Source: Azolla caroliniana (taxonomy: Eukaryota > Plantae > Polypodiophyta). Taken from it: a stretch of DNA of 64,000 bases. Position 1 is the stretch's first letter. Each line of letters opens with the position of its first letter. Both the position numbers and the translations under genes were made by a program. This document shows, piece by piece, positions 22,426 to 35,406 of this stretch. The DNA lies in assembly GCA_043228905.1 (NCBI GenBank), contig JBHGNT010000140.1, positions 3,864 to 67,863 of the forward strand. The letters run 5' to 3'. The notes beneath the pieces were generated by a model, which worked only from the letters and a program-made list of their open reading frames with translations, searched no databases and was not told the DNA's origin.

Positions 22426-23319
22426 TTCACAAATTTTGTAGGGGAGTTCTCAAAATGAAGAAGAGGAGAGCATTGTGGGTACCTTGATAACTATGTGATA
22501 TATTCAAATTGATTCTTGTTTACATCTAAGTTTGACAATTTTGACAGTTTATGAATATCATCTACATTTTAGGAGTTATGGATTTATCAAAATCGTCTAT
22601 GAATATTGTATACATTTCTTGAGTTGTCAATTTATGGATGTTAATGAGCACTAAATTTATAGATGATGGCATTAAGGATTACAATGTTACCTCTTATACT
22701 TAAAATATTTTTAAGTCTAACAATAGATGTAACTTCCACTTCTAGAACCTACATCTCCTCAAGATGGTGAAACCATTAATCTTAACTTGTGCCTTGAGTT
22801 AACCATTGTGATTTTCTTTAAGTTAACTACATTTCATATCTACAGACCATCAACGTTTAAACATTTATTGAAAAACTATTCAATTTTAGAAATTATCATT
22901 TTGAAACTTGTTAAATCTCAAAAAATTCGCAAATTTTACATGTTATTTAAAACATGTGATACATGTGTATCAAGTTTCTGAAAATTGCCTAAAATCACAA
23001 GATTATAAAAGGAATCTATAAGTGAAATGCACGATCCTTCCACTTGTAAACGCGAACATGTTACTCCTGAAGTAGGTCAGTCGGTTGTATTTCGCCTTCA
23101 TGCTTCTAGTTGCTTGAAGTGAGGCCTTTCCATCGATTTGACCGTAAATCGTGCTTCATCGAGTTAGACAACAATCACTCAGGCCTTCCAGCGAACCACT
23201 CGCTCTCCGTAACCATCCGAAGCAGATTCGGTACTAGGAGCAACCCCCTTCCTACTTCATTCGACTAGCCAACATTCAAGAAGACTAGTCAGATCTGACC
23301 CTCTCATTGTTGTAGTCAC

Positions 23320-24279
23320 TCGAAGCAAGATCGGCTTGGAGAATTGGTACAATCAGCATATAATATGTGATTGGACTTTGAAATCGGCAACCAGAATCAA
23401 ATTGATAGTTAACTGTGCTCAATCTAGCTAGGCGACATTCGGGAAGTGCTCTCGAGACCGTTGATCTCAGTCCGACAACTTGAAGACAGTATTCGTGCAG
23501 GTTTCTCATCGAGAGGGTGGACACTCAAGAAGGAGAACCTCCTGCTTGCTCGAGGACCAAAAGGACATTCATTGTACCCATTATACATCACACTCAGAGA
23601 GGGTGACTTGTTCCTTGTTGATATCCTCGTGTCATCATTATGGCATTGATGACTCGGACACCTCATCAAGGACGGCATAATGCATTTATCTAGAGTTGGA
23701 TACATCCCCAAACTCTCTTTCTCGGATCATCCGTTTTGCGAGCATTGCCAATACGGCAAACAAATAGTCGCTTCACACCCGACGGCAACACTGAGGGAAT
23801 CGAGTTCGCTCAATTTGGTCCATTCAAACACCCGACAGCAACATCGAGGAGCGTTTTAAGTCTAAAGAATTCGTCAAATTTTTCCGGCAACGTGGCATCA
23901 AATGTGAATACATGGCACCACATAATCCGAAGCAGAACGGAATTGTTGAAAGGATGAATCGGACAATTCATGAATGTATAATATCCATGCTCCAACACTC
24001 TAGACTGTCGGGTAGCTGCTGTGTAGAGACCCTACTTACGACAGTATACATCATCAATATGTCACTGAGTAGGCCTCTATGACTTCGAATGATGCAAAAT
24101 TCGAAATCGGTCGGCTTGACACTGTCGACTAACTGCAAGCTAAGCAAAGATCAATCTCTGAAGACAAAAGTAGAGAAAGTTGAGATGACGAAGGTCCCTT
24201 ATGCCTTAGCAGTCAGAACGCTAATGTACGTTGTCGCGGAAATCAAGCAAGACCTTAGCAGTCAGAAGCCTAATGTATC
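23320..24279 (+). pseudogene. Internally deleted Ty1/copia remnant (GAG-pre-integrase, integrase and RT fragments)
   Basis: LWH*RLGH-like then CEHCQYGKQ; QNGIVERMNRTI-like integrase motif; RT tail KLSKDQS..EMTKVPYALAVRTLMY. Confidence 0.8.
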
Positions 24280-24972
24280 GGATTAGGTAGGACCACCGGG
24301 GTCACGGACCGAGGAGAGATGGATACTAGAAGGTCGTTTTCTCTAGGACCGGTTACACCGGTTGTGGCACCAACCAGAACGATTCCGGATGCGAGCCGGA
24401 AGCAACCGAACCGGACAAATCCGAATGGGTCCAGGTAAGTTCCGGAAGCAACCAAATTGAAGAGAGGGAGAGCACATGCACGCACATCGGCTCTTCGGAC
24501 CCTCTTATGTATAGAAAAGGCAAGAGCAGAAATCACATGGCTCGACCGAGACCAGGTATATACGAGTCACCAGACCGAAAGCGGAGACACCTCGTGACAC
24601 AGAACAACTCGACACACACACACATCACAAGCGCATCCAGACATGACGAAAACAGAAGACACTGACATGGACATATGCACACCGAAGTTTCTCATATATA
24701 CTAACAAGGGACACAAGTTACAACGCCGGTTTCGAGCCGGTCCAATACCGAACAAATATAGCGACCGTCCACATGCAAGCTCCAGTCAGGGAGCACTCGG
24801 GCTCGCCTACGCGAGTGGAATCTTTCATAGGAGACAGAGTTACAAATGGAAACCCTTAGAGCATATGAGCCCTCAACTGAACTAAACCCAAAGTGGGGAA
24901 CTAACAAAAACTCAAAACCCACCAAAGACTGGGAACCCTAAACCTCCACTCCAGAAGGAAACCCAACCCACA
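24274..24972 (-). mobile_element. Orphan or truncated LTR-like segment of a further gypsy-related family
   Basis: GC-rich and non-coding; its minus-strand 3' end carries CTCGGTCCGTGACCCCGGTGGTCC, the motif found near the 3' end of all other LTRs here; boundaries approximate, no TSD. Confidence 0.5.
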
Positions 24973-24975
24973 TGA

Positions 24976-26914
24976 CGATTATTTGAGTCCACTATTATTT
25001 GCAATTGCTACACACCCGATTTTGGCGAGGATGCATGAGTTGGCAACACGTGGGGAAGTAGTTGGATTAGCTCTACCATCATGGAAACATTTGATCGCTC
25101 AAGCATTGGCTAATGATTCATTTTTATTTCTCAAAGCAACACCTGATAACATTGCTAAAGCCATGGAGGTGTGGAATGTGTTCGCATTGGCATCAGGATT
25201 ACATATAAATATGCAGAAGTTGATGCTCATTAGATGCACTAAGAGTGATTTGGTGGATCTTGGATGGGGTGGCCAAATATTAGATCCAGGGAATGTGTGT
25301 CGACACTTAGGTTACCTTATTGGTGTTGATATCTCATCATCACAAAGTTTGAATTGGATATCGGGAACCATTTTGGACAAATTTATGTATTGGAAGTCTC
25401 AAGCATATGGCCGTTTACTACTCATCTCAAAGTGGTACAAGCTATAATGATTCCAATGATTTCTTATTTTTTGCCATTGTTATCATGGACAAAGAAATCA
25501 CTTGATCATTTAGCTCACTCACTTAAATATACACTATGGAAGAAAGTCACAAACCTTGGTATGAGTTGGGTATCATGGAACAATATTTGTACCCCAAAAC
25601 GGTTAGGGGGTGCTGCTTTACTCAATTTAGAAGATCATATGATGGCTCGAAGATTCAATCTTTTGAAAGGTATGTGCATAGGTACCCAACCTTGGGCAAA
25701 AATAACTACGTATTTTGTGGAAAAGGTTGGTATTTACCATGGGAAAACGATAATTACAACTTCGTGGTGGCATATTGTTAATAGTACTCGGCAATTTAAA
25801 TGTTCAGAATCTAGTATGGTTCAACAATTGGTGCTTTCGTGGCAGCGGTGTTTGAAGTTGTTTAATTGGAGGCCTCTTGAGTGCAGAAAAGATATAAATT
25901 CATTGGCAGTAGAGGTGTTGGCAACTTCAAGGATATTACACTGGGAGGGAAAAGAAACTCTAAATTCATAGTTCAATCGAATGGCAAGGTTAGGTTTGAT
26001 AACTGTAGAAGATGGTGTTTTAGCGTCACGTAGGAAAATGATGGCCTTTCAAACAATCAGAAATAAGTTTCATATACCACGTGGATATGGGTATATTTGG
26101 CAATCAATATTGGCAATGCCTACATTAGTTTTCCCAATTCCAGAGTTGGTGGTCGAGGAACCATGGAAAGATTGGTCATTTGGTAATGGGAAAACGATTT
26201 TTCTGGTGAACACTAATGATGTGTACCATAAGTTGGTCGAAGATAGAGCTTGGTTAGAAAATAAGGTGTTGGATACATGGAGCATTACTAGAAATGTAAA
26301 GTGGTGGCGTAGAGTTTTAGATGTTGGGTGGCAGTCTCATCTTCCATTCCGTGCAAAGGTGTTTCTTTGGCGTGCCATAGTTGGTGGGTTGCCTTTGGCG
26401 ATGGCCTTAAAACGAAGACATATTTCGAATGGGACATGTTTTTTCTGTATGGTGGTTGAAGAAGATGCTAGACATAGGTTTATTACATGTTCGGTAGCTA
26501 AGGCCATTTGGGTGATTATGTCACAAATTTGGGCATCGATAACAAGAAATATTTTGTCACCTTATAAATGGGTTTTTATAGATGAGAATAAAGTTATGCC
26601 CACACCATCATATAAGGTGGTTTTTTATTACCTTAGATATTGGGGGATGTGGTTTAATTGGACCATGAGAAATGAGTTCTTGTTTGATGGACTTCATGGG
26701 ATAGCACAACAAATCCGTAGGATGAAAGGAAAATTGATTTGGCAATTTTCACAACTATGTTGTATGGGGATCTTGTACCAAGAGGAGATAGACTTATGTC
26801 ATCTAGTTTTACAACACTTGAGAGGGTTTCCCTTGCACTATCACTATTTATGAAGTAGTGAAGATAGCAAGGGGTGTATTATAATTTTGTTTTAATAACA
26901 AACATTGATTTACG

Positions 26915-26918
<4 letters not shown>
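24976..26918 (+). mobile_element. 5'-truncated L1-clade LINE ORF2 remnant
   Basis: LSPLLFAI, LAND (degenerate FADD), SGLHINMQK, RHLG, VSWNNICTPKRLGG, zf-RVT KVFLWR..CFFC..EDARHRFITC; frameshifts and stops. Confidence 0.9.

Positions 26919-26964
<46 letters not shown>
26919..26964. repeat. (GA)23 microsatellite joining two LINE 3' ends
   Basis: Direct read of the sequence. Confidence 0.95.
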
Positions 26965-26968
<4 letters not shown>

Positions 26969-28840
26969 ATTATCGTCTTCGGAGGTCAAATATGACCTAT
27001 GAGGTCCCAAAAATATTACATTTCACATTATACATGTGAAGGTGAGTAGCGACTCTCGATGTTCAAGAACTTTACCAATGAATGTTGCAATCGAGAGTGC
27101 ACATCGTGGTTGTGAGAGAAATTTGTGCAAGGATTGGGCTCGATTGAAGAGATGTGGAAAGCATGGTCGAATATGATCAAAGGCAGAGCATTGTATCAAA
27201 GTGTGATACTCAGACTCTCGAACTTGTTTAGGGCAAAGTGTGCATAGTCAGCCACTCTCATCACTTGTGCCCCAACGCCCCATCTCACATCTCAATGCGT
27301 GCGAGCGAAGTCGCATGGAAGCAATGGTTCGAATAACAAATATTGGGATGGGCTCTAACATGTATTGATGTGTACGAGTTCCCCGTTCCGCAAAGAATAT
27401 GGTTTTGTAGTTAGGTGCAACATTTGTAGTATAATGTGTGAAGCGTGAGCCACCACATTTGTCCCATGTCATGATACATTGGCATTGCAAAAAGGCCTCG
27501 GCCCTCATTTAGAGAGGAATCTAGTGACACATCATGAAGCAAGTGTCTTGCATCCCATCTACCAAACCATTTTTCTAAATCTTGCATCCAACCAGAACAC
27601 AAAATTTTGCTTTTATGCGTCTTTTGGATCTTTTTGCTTGCTTCCCATGCAATTCTAGGAAGTTGATATGAGGGGCTTCTTTTAACCTTAAGCATGTATT
27701 CAACAACCCTTTCCATGGCCATGATCTCAATGGGAAGCGATCACGTCTCAAGGAGGAGGAGGGTGTAGGGCGTTTGTTTCTTAACTTGTAGAAACTTTGT
27801 AAGAAAATGTTTTTGGACCTTTTCAAACTCTTTTCACGTAGATTTAGGGATGCTACCACCCCACGCTTCCACCCCATAGAGAAAAACCAGGGTCACCAAA
27901 GTGTCAAAAAGATATTTCTTGAGGACCCAACACTTAATATCTCCAAGATATCACGTGTTCTCAAATGCATAATATGCTCGCTTACCCGCCTCTAAGCGAC
28001 GTGTAACACATTCATTCCATTTATGATTTGAAGGAACTTCAAGGCCAAGATATTTGAAGCTTTCCACACATCCAAGTGGTTCATTGTTGTACATAATGCA
28101 TGGTTTATCTCTTTTTTGACTCTTCACAAGCATAATCTTTGTTTTAGAGCTATTGACACTTAATCTTTTGTGCAATTCCTGAAGTATTTGCAAAAAGCAC
28201 TACATTATCCGCATATAACAAAAGCATAATCACAACATTCCCAATGGCAAATTCTTCAACACATTCTTCCTTTACAAACTTGGTAACCATTTCTTCTAAT
28301 TCATCAATGCATATACCAAATAATGTTGGTGAGAGTGGGCATCCTTGCTTAGCACCAATAGTGTTATTGAAAAATCTGAAAGTCTATCTCTCATATGCAC
28401 ACAACATATAACCTTCTCATATATTCAGGAAATTGCAAGCATATATTCACTTGGCACCTCAAGTTCTTCCATCCGCCTCCAAAGATGCTCACGAGGTACC
28501 ATATCAAAAGCTTTCTTGAAGTCTACAAAGCAACAATATAAACCTTTACCTCTAAGGCGACTTTCCTCCATTAATACTCGAAAAGTGACAAGATGATCAA
28601 TGGTGCTATGGTGTTTTCGAAAACCAGCTTATCCATAAGCTCTCTTACCATTTTTTTCTGCCCACACACCTATCTTTGATTCCATTATACATCCAAATAG
28701 TTTTGCCATTAATGAGCCAACCATGATGGTTCGATAGTTGTTAACATTATTTACATCTCCGCCTTTATGTAAAGGTTTGATCCAATTTTTAATCCAATCA
28801 TATGGCATACCATGTTGCAATGCATCATTAAACATATCGC
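26965..28840 (-). mobile_element. 5'-truncated RTE/RTEX-like LINE remnant
   Basis: PLHKGGD..NNYRTI, AGFRKHHSTIDH, CFVDFKKAFD, GAKQGCPLSPTLF, LLYADN, FKYLG, C-terminal CTLC..ESEYHTLIQC knuckle; frameshifted. Confidence 0.85.
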
Positions 28841-31800
28841 ATATCCATATATGTGCTCAATGGAGACTAGAAGGTCATGGGTTTAACCCCTGCTTTCCAC
28901 ACTCACATCTAGTATAGTAAATTAAGTGAAATCTATGGAGTAATAGATAGGTGAGAAAACTATGTCTCGACCCTAATACCTAAGGCAGATGATTACGATG
29001 AGACACAGAGACAGAGAGATGGATTAACAACCTTGGGTTGATCACTAGTAGCTTGACACTAGGGTAAGGCCATCCCCAACACAAATAAAAACTTAGCATC
29101 TTGGGAGGCCAAATCTAGCCTATCGAAGCAACAAAACCTACAAAATAAACTCGTCTACAATCAATTGTGAGAGAAGTAGGGAGGTGCAAGTAAATAAAAA
29201 GGGAGATGAGAGACGTTTTAGGGGTTTTCTAATACCTAGAACCGGTTTTCATCCTGCCAAGGACTTTCCATTTGCCTTATTTGTGTGGTTGGTGCCTTGA
29301 GTTCATTGTTACATATGAGTTTATTGGGGCCATGGAAAGGAAAAGGGGATGGGGTTAAATGCAGCCTATGCATACACACTCTTTGGAGTGTACTTATGAC
29401 ATCATAGGGTAATATTCTTCCTTTTTGCTTAAAGGGATTTAAACTTTATCGACTCGATATTGAAGCTTGTGAAAAGTCATTTCATCAAGACATCATTTGT
29501 TTTCATCATACATACTTTAAATCATTATTAAAAATCAACCGTAGATGGAAAGTCATTTCAAAAGTAGTTCCCATTGGACTTTGAAATTTTAAGTATTGCA
29601 TGTCTTATCATGATTCAATAAAATTAATTGCAATGGCCATTGTATATCTTTAAGACACATTGGTAATGTGCTCTCATTCAAATATGTTGATGGCTTATTA
29701 TTGTTTTGCATACATAATAGCAAGCCAGTAAGTACTTTGTGTAATAAAGTAGCATTGTTGCTTCATAAATTGCAAGAGCGCATGTATGACTATCTATCAT
29801 GCACATGCATATTATCTTGTGACTCATGTATACTAAGTAGTGTACCTCGATATGCCTAAGTGTGATGAGATGCATATGTTTCAATGGTTCATTATAGTTT
29901 TTGATTGGATAATAGCAATTCGAAAAATACCTTACATAAGGTAGTACTTATTTTCATTGATAATTTGCCAGGCACATGTATATGCAATCTATTTCCCAGC
30001 TCAGCCATACTAAGTAATGTACCACTAGGTATGTATTAATCCACTACCAAATTTCATGTACATTTGAGACATACTTGAACACTCTTTAAATGTTCTACGA
30101 AAACGACACCCCTTTTAATGTCCTTAAATGCCTCGATAAAAGAACAACTTTTATATCTTGTTTTTGTATAGTTATTACCAACTTTTTGTGAAGGAGTAGA
30201 TGCATTATACTATATCCATGTAATGAATTGGCTTTATATTAACTATGGCAATGTACTCATACCTATTGGGCTTCTAAACTCTCCCTTGAAGATAATGTTG
30301 TGAAAGAGAACAAAATATACAATGGTGTATGCACAAATGTATCATTGTTTACCTTGGACTTTCAAATACGCGCACAAATTGAAGAAAATATAACATTGTC
30401 CTATATTTCATCACGTGTATGTAGGCGCAAACAATAGATAACGATTACTGTGGTAATGCTTTCAAACGGTGTAAAAAAAACAATAATGGAAAAGTGAGTC
30501 ATCTTATTGCAAAGGGGGGTTGGCAACCTACATAACAAATCTTGAAAACATGCATGAGAGAGAGAGAAAGACCCACACACACATGAACAATGATAGAGAA
30601 GGGAAGATAGGTAAAGACGATCTCAAATTTTGACTTCGAGAACCAATAGAAACTATATACCCTCCTACAGACACGTTTACGTAAACATGATACCTTTTGC
30701 ATGGAAATGATTTATTCAATAGAATATTGGCATCCCTCTTGTTGACGTATTGACTTGCCCTAAAAAGTCCCTTTTGAAAATCTAGCTCCCCGGAAAAATA
30801 TAACATAGATTTTGATACTTTACAAAAAGGTTACATCTATCTTGTTTGAGACGATAATGGTTGAGAATCCGATATGGACCATATAATTGGAAAGAAGATG
30901 ATATGCTTAAAATATACCTACCCCCACCATCACTTTAAGTGTAACACACATTCTACAGTATACATATATTACTCTTCCATCAACTTGCGATCCACATATT
31001 TGTCATTCCATTACTTTCATTTCATCAATAAGGTTGAAACCCCTTAATAATTTTTAATTGCTCTTGATTTGTATCCACTCTACAAATTAAGGGCATCCCC
31101 ATTGAATATTAAATATATTGGCATTTATTACGTGGAGCAACTTCGAACACGAGTGTGCCTACTATTGAGAAGGGAGGAATAACAAATAATAAATTACATA
31201 TTCTCTGAGTAGATGGCATTCTCATCCATTCAAATAGAAAGATGGTGTTTATGTTTACGATTCAACACACGAAGTTATCAAAGTCTTCAATGTCATCGAG
31301 CCACCATGACAAAAAAAATGCCCAAGAATACTACAAATGTCATGAAAATAATAGCATCCAATGTCCACTATGTCCAAGATTCTCGATATCATGATAAAGG
31401 GTTTTCAACAAGAAGCCTAACACCACTAAACCAAATACTAGGCATTTCAGGGTCTTTCATGGTAGAGAAATTATGTTTGCACCAATAATAAAGCAACGAA
31501 TGAAATTTAAATGAAACAACATAAAGGATGTATGATGGACCCAATCAATGATAAGGTAGAAATTTAGATGTATATGGGAATCATAACTTTTTGAGTTGAC
31601 AAAGACGCAACACTAAGTGAATGAAATTTACCATAAGGTCTTGATATAACTTATCAATCCAGTTTTTCTTTTCTAAAAAGAACACAACACAAATCTCTAC
31701 TTTTACTGCAATATTACACTTTATGGAGTTCTTGTTCAAATTGTTGGATGTCCTACTTCTGGAGAATGTCTCATACTTGCTTCTACAAAATTTAGACATT

Positions 31801-32944
31801 TGTTTCCAAATTTTCCACTCCTATTTTTATTCTTGTGGAACCTAAATTTTCTACTTTTGTAAAATTTATTCTTTTCGTGGAACCTGTCACTCTCATATTT
31901 GCGATGTGAGTGTGAACTTATGAATGAACCCAACAAAAACGCAACAACCACCATCGACCATTGTAGTTGTTGAGTAGCTCATTCAAATACTCAACAAATT
32001 ACATGCATAGCAAACATGTTGTATGCCTTTTCATTTACACTCCTTGTGTATTTATGTGTTCACAAGTAATATTGATAATCTAATCACATCACTTATAGAC
32101 AAAGACATGCATGTTGCAGTATTTCGTGTTAAAGTTATTGGTGGATGCAAATTTGATATTTTTCTTAAATAACCTTTCAAATTTGGACTAGTGTACTCGT
32201 TAGAAAGATAATGAAAATTTTCATGTCAGGTTAATGATATGAGTTGTGCTTGCCTCTCATTAACATGTTGAAGAAGGAGATAAGAATCATTGTATTATTT
32301 GGTCACTTATTGAGGTACTATAATTTCTTGTTTGATTTTATGTTTCTCGGTTTGAAATCAATCACTATAATGTATATTTATGTTCATTGTCAAGTTGTTT
32401 CTTCATACCATTGAGCATTTGGAAAGCATCTCATGTGTAGCCATTCGAGGAGTGAGTTTTGATAGCATGGATAGAAATGTTTATTTTTTATGCTATCAAC
32501 TACACATAAACATATCACTCACAATATTAACTCAAGACTACCTAACATGAGATCAATGATTTGACGTGCTCATTTGGGGTGCCATTATCTTGAGAGTGGT
32601 TTATCTAGGTATATGGGCAAAAATAAGGAAATTTCGATCAACTCTAACCTTGCAAGTTTTAGATTAACCTTAGGTTTGGTGCAAAATATGTTAGGGTAGG
32701 GTTAAAGGTTAACAAGCATTGGAGCCATAGCTCATTGAGAAAGTATGCCTCACTTGGCAAGGTTTCGTTTATCAAAAAGGTATCTTGCATTGGGTATCAA
32801 TGTGGTACAAAAGCAAGTACATAATCTATCTATCAACATGTTTTCCAACTATCTATCCATCTTTTATTAGTTCTAAACTTCTATGTTTATGCATGTTTCC
32901 TATACATATCTATTTATCAACATGCTTATACATCTATCGACCCA

Positions 32945-32979
<35 letters not shown>

Positions 32980-34818
32980 AACAACTCACTTGATCATCGA
33001 TGCTTTTGGTTCCAAGCTAGGTCATAGAACTCCCTTGATTAGGTCATCAAACATGTTTGCAATGCAATGTGCAACATTTTAACTTAACCAATAATGGATG
33101 GTTGCACATTTTACACATATGCATAAATAAGATGGGGCCCTCTCTATGTTAAGAGTGGTGATAATAGGTTGGTACATTGGTTTATTGAATGTATAGCTAA
33201 AGAACTTATATTAGCCATTGCTTTGTATACTATCTCAAGCTACAACGATTATTTGCCAAATAGTTCGGAACCACATTTCGCTAGGATTTGGCTATTCATT
33301 GAGATTGTGATTAGGTGGTTCATTGCACATGACTCTCCCAAACCACTGCGGGATTGGGATATTGAGATGTGGAGTGGCTCTCTTATTTTTGAAGATTCAA
33401 ACTATTCTTGAGTATGGAGTATTAGAATGATTCACTAAGGTTGCCATGCCATGATGTGTGACACGTTAATGAGAAGCTCAAGCTCATGCACTCAATTTCC
33501 TTTTGCTAATGTGCCACTTTGGTATCCAATATCTTCATTTGTAATCCATTACATCCTACAAAGTTGGAGTCTCCTCCATTGCTCCCTTGTTCACATGCCA
33601 TGGACCTTTCTTTAAGAGATCGAGCAACATATTCTTTGGAGAACATTTCTTAAACACTTGCAAAGGTCACTAACTAAGGGAGGATACACATTAATTGGGG
33701 TAGATGGGATGTTGGTTTCACGTCTTTTCTATTTGTAGCAATTTACCAATTGTTCCTTGATGTTAGTTTTATTGGTGATTACATTGATATTTCTAGGGGA
33801 GTGGTTCAATCAACTACTCAAAACTAGTAATTGTGATTCAAAGGGCCCCACATGTGGATGTCGAGGTTTCTTTAACGAGATAAACTCTAATGGTGGATCA
33901 TTTTTGTGTTTATGGTGTGGATGCTTTTCATGAATCATACTGATAAATTTCCATATTATAATTATGTCACAGTACCATGATATTTATGGTCGACCTATAT
34001 TGGAGTTATGGGCTCATTTAAAAATTAAAGTGTGGTATATCCAAGGGTGAGACTCTAGGAGTTAATTAAGACTTCGGATTTGGGAGGGTGCTTACTTAGT
34101 TATCGTGTGCGTGTTTGTGGCAAGTGGTGGTGGTCTTCAACCCTCCAATACCCAAATGTTGGGGTTCATTCAATTCTCATACTCTATGTAGTTAGAACTT
34201 AGGGGGGACAAACATTCGAGCTGGGCAACACTATGTCACTCCCATGTAATTATGATAATGATCCCACATTAGAACCATTCACACATTTTCGAACCTTTCT
34301 TGGTCAATTGTTTATTTTTTTGAACGCTAGATTGTACATGCAGGGTTACAATGAGGAACTTGAGCGTCCTATGGCAAGGCACAATCCCCACGTGAATAGG
34401 ATGTGATGATCGCATGTCGAAGCCACATGCGCACTATCTATGGCTATGTTCACATTGTCTGGACAATCACATATTGTGCTTTATGCCAAAGAGCTATTGG
34501 GTATTGCGGAGGCGATTTGGGGTGTGCGCTATTTGCATCGAGCTTAATGACGATAATCGTTGAAGGCCACCCTGTGACCACAGGCTTTTCGAGAGATACT
34601 TCCAACATCACTATAGGGGCATTGTTCATTCATGAGTATTTTCTTTGAGCTCCTGGCTAGTGTTGGCGATTACGGAGACAAGACACAACCGCTCGATGAT
34701 TCCACGGACCACGCCAAGATTTTGTTGTTGGAACTTGGTTGGTTGTCCATAAGAAATCTCGTGGAGCCCAACTTCCAAGAGCTCTCTCTCTAGCTCTCTC
34801 TCTCTCTCTCTCATGACA

Positions 34819-35040
34819 ACACTTAAGATGCAATCTCTTGTTTGGTCTTATAGGCCATTTTAGCCTCTTAAAAGACGTTAATATATCTTTCTACACTTAA
34901 GATGTAATCTCTTGTTTAGTCTTATAGGCCATTTTAGCCTCTTAAAAGACGTTAATATATCTTTCTACACTTAAGATGTAATCTCTTGTTTAGTCTTATA
35001 GGTCATTTTAGCCTCTTAAAAGACGTTAATATATCTTTCT
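34819..35040. repeat. Three tandem 74-bp units upstream of the F-box/kelch gene
   Basis: ACACTTAAGATG...ATATCTTTCT starting at 34819, 34893 and 34967. Confidence 0.95.
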
Positions 35041-35406
35041 TTCTCGCTCGCAAGGACACACTCTCGCAAGCTGCGATGAAAGCCCAAGAAATTCCGGTGA
35101 AGCATTTCTGTAGGGCTCTCATAAAGACATGCTCTGTTTTGTTTTAGGGTTCTAAAAAAAGAAACAATTGGGACCCTCTCTGTCTTTCCTGAGCTGCACT
35201 TTTAGGGTTTCTTGTTTTTGTTTTTGTTTGTGTGCTCGCTCTCTGCGTCTTTCCCGGTGTTTTTTTATTTTTATTTTACAAAGGCAATGCGAGTGATTTG
35301 TGTGTGTGCGCGCGAGAAAGTTCCCATTCTTCTCTGTGTTTTTTTTCTCTTTTTGTTAAGGGAGATGAAGATGATTATATGAAGAAACCAGCAATTTCGT
35401 TACAAT

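Noticed and set aside
27740-27956. Apparent 210-bp insertion flanked by ATCACGT repeats
   Set aside because: The interval translates as continuous LINE ORF (LYGVEAWG..FLQVKKQTPY..LLLET)
30900-33800. Faint retroelement-like peptide traces
   Set aside because: Too degraded to assign by eye; needs RepeatMasker or tBLASTn
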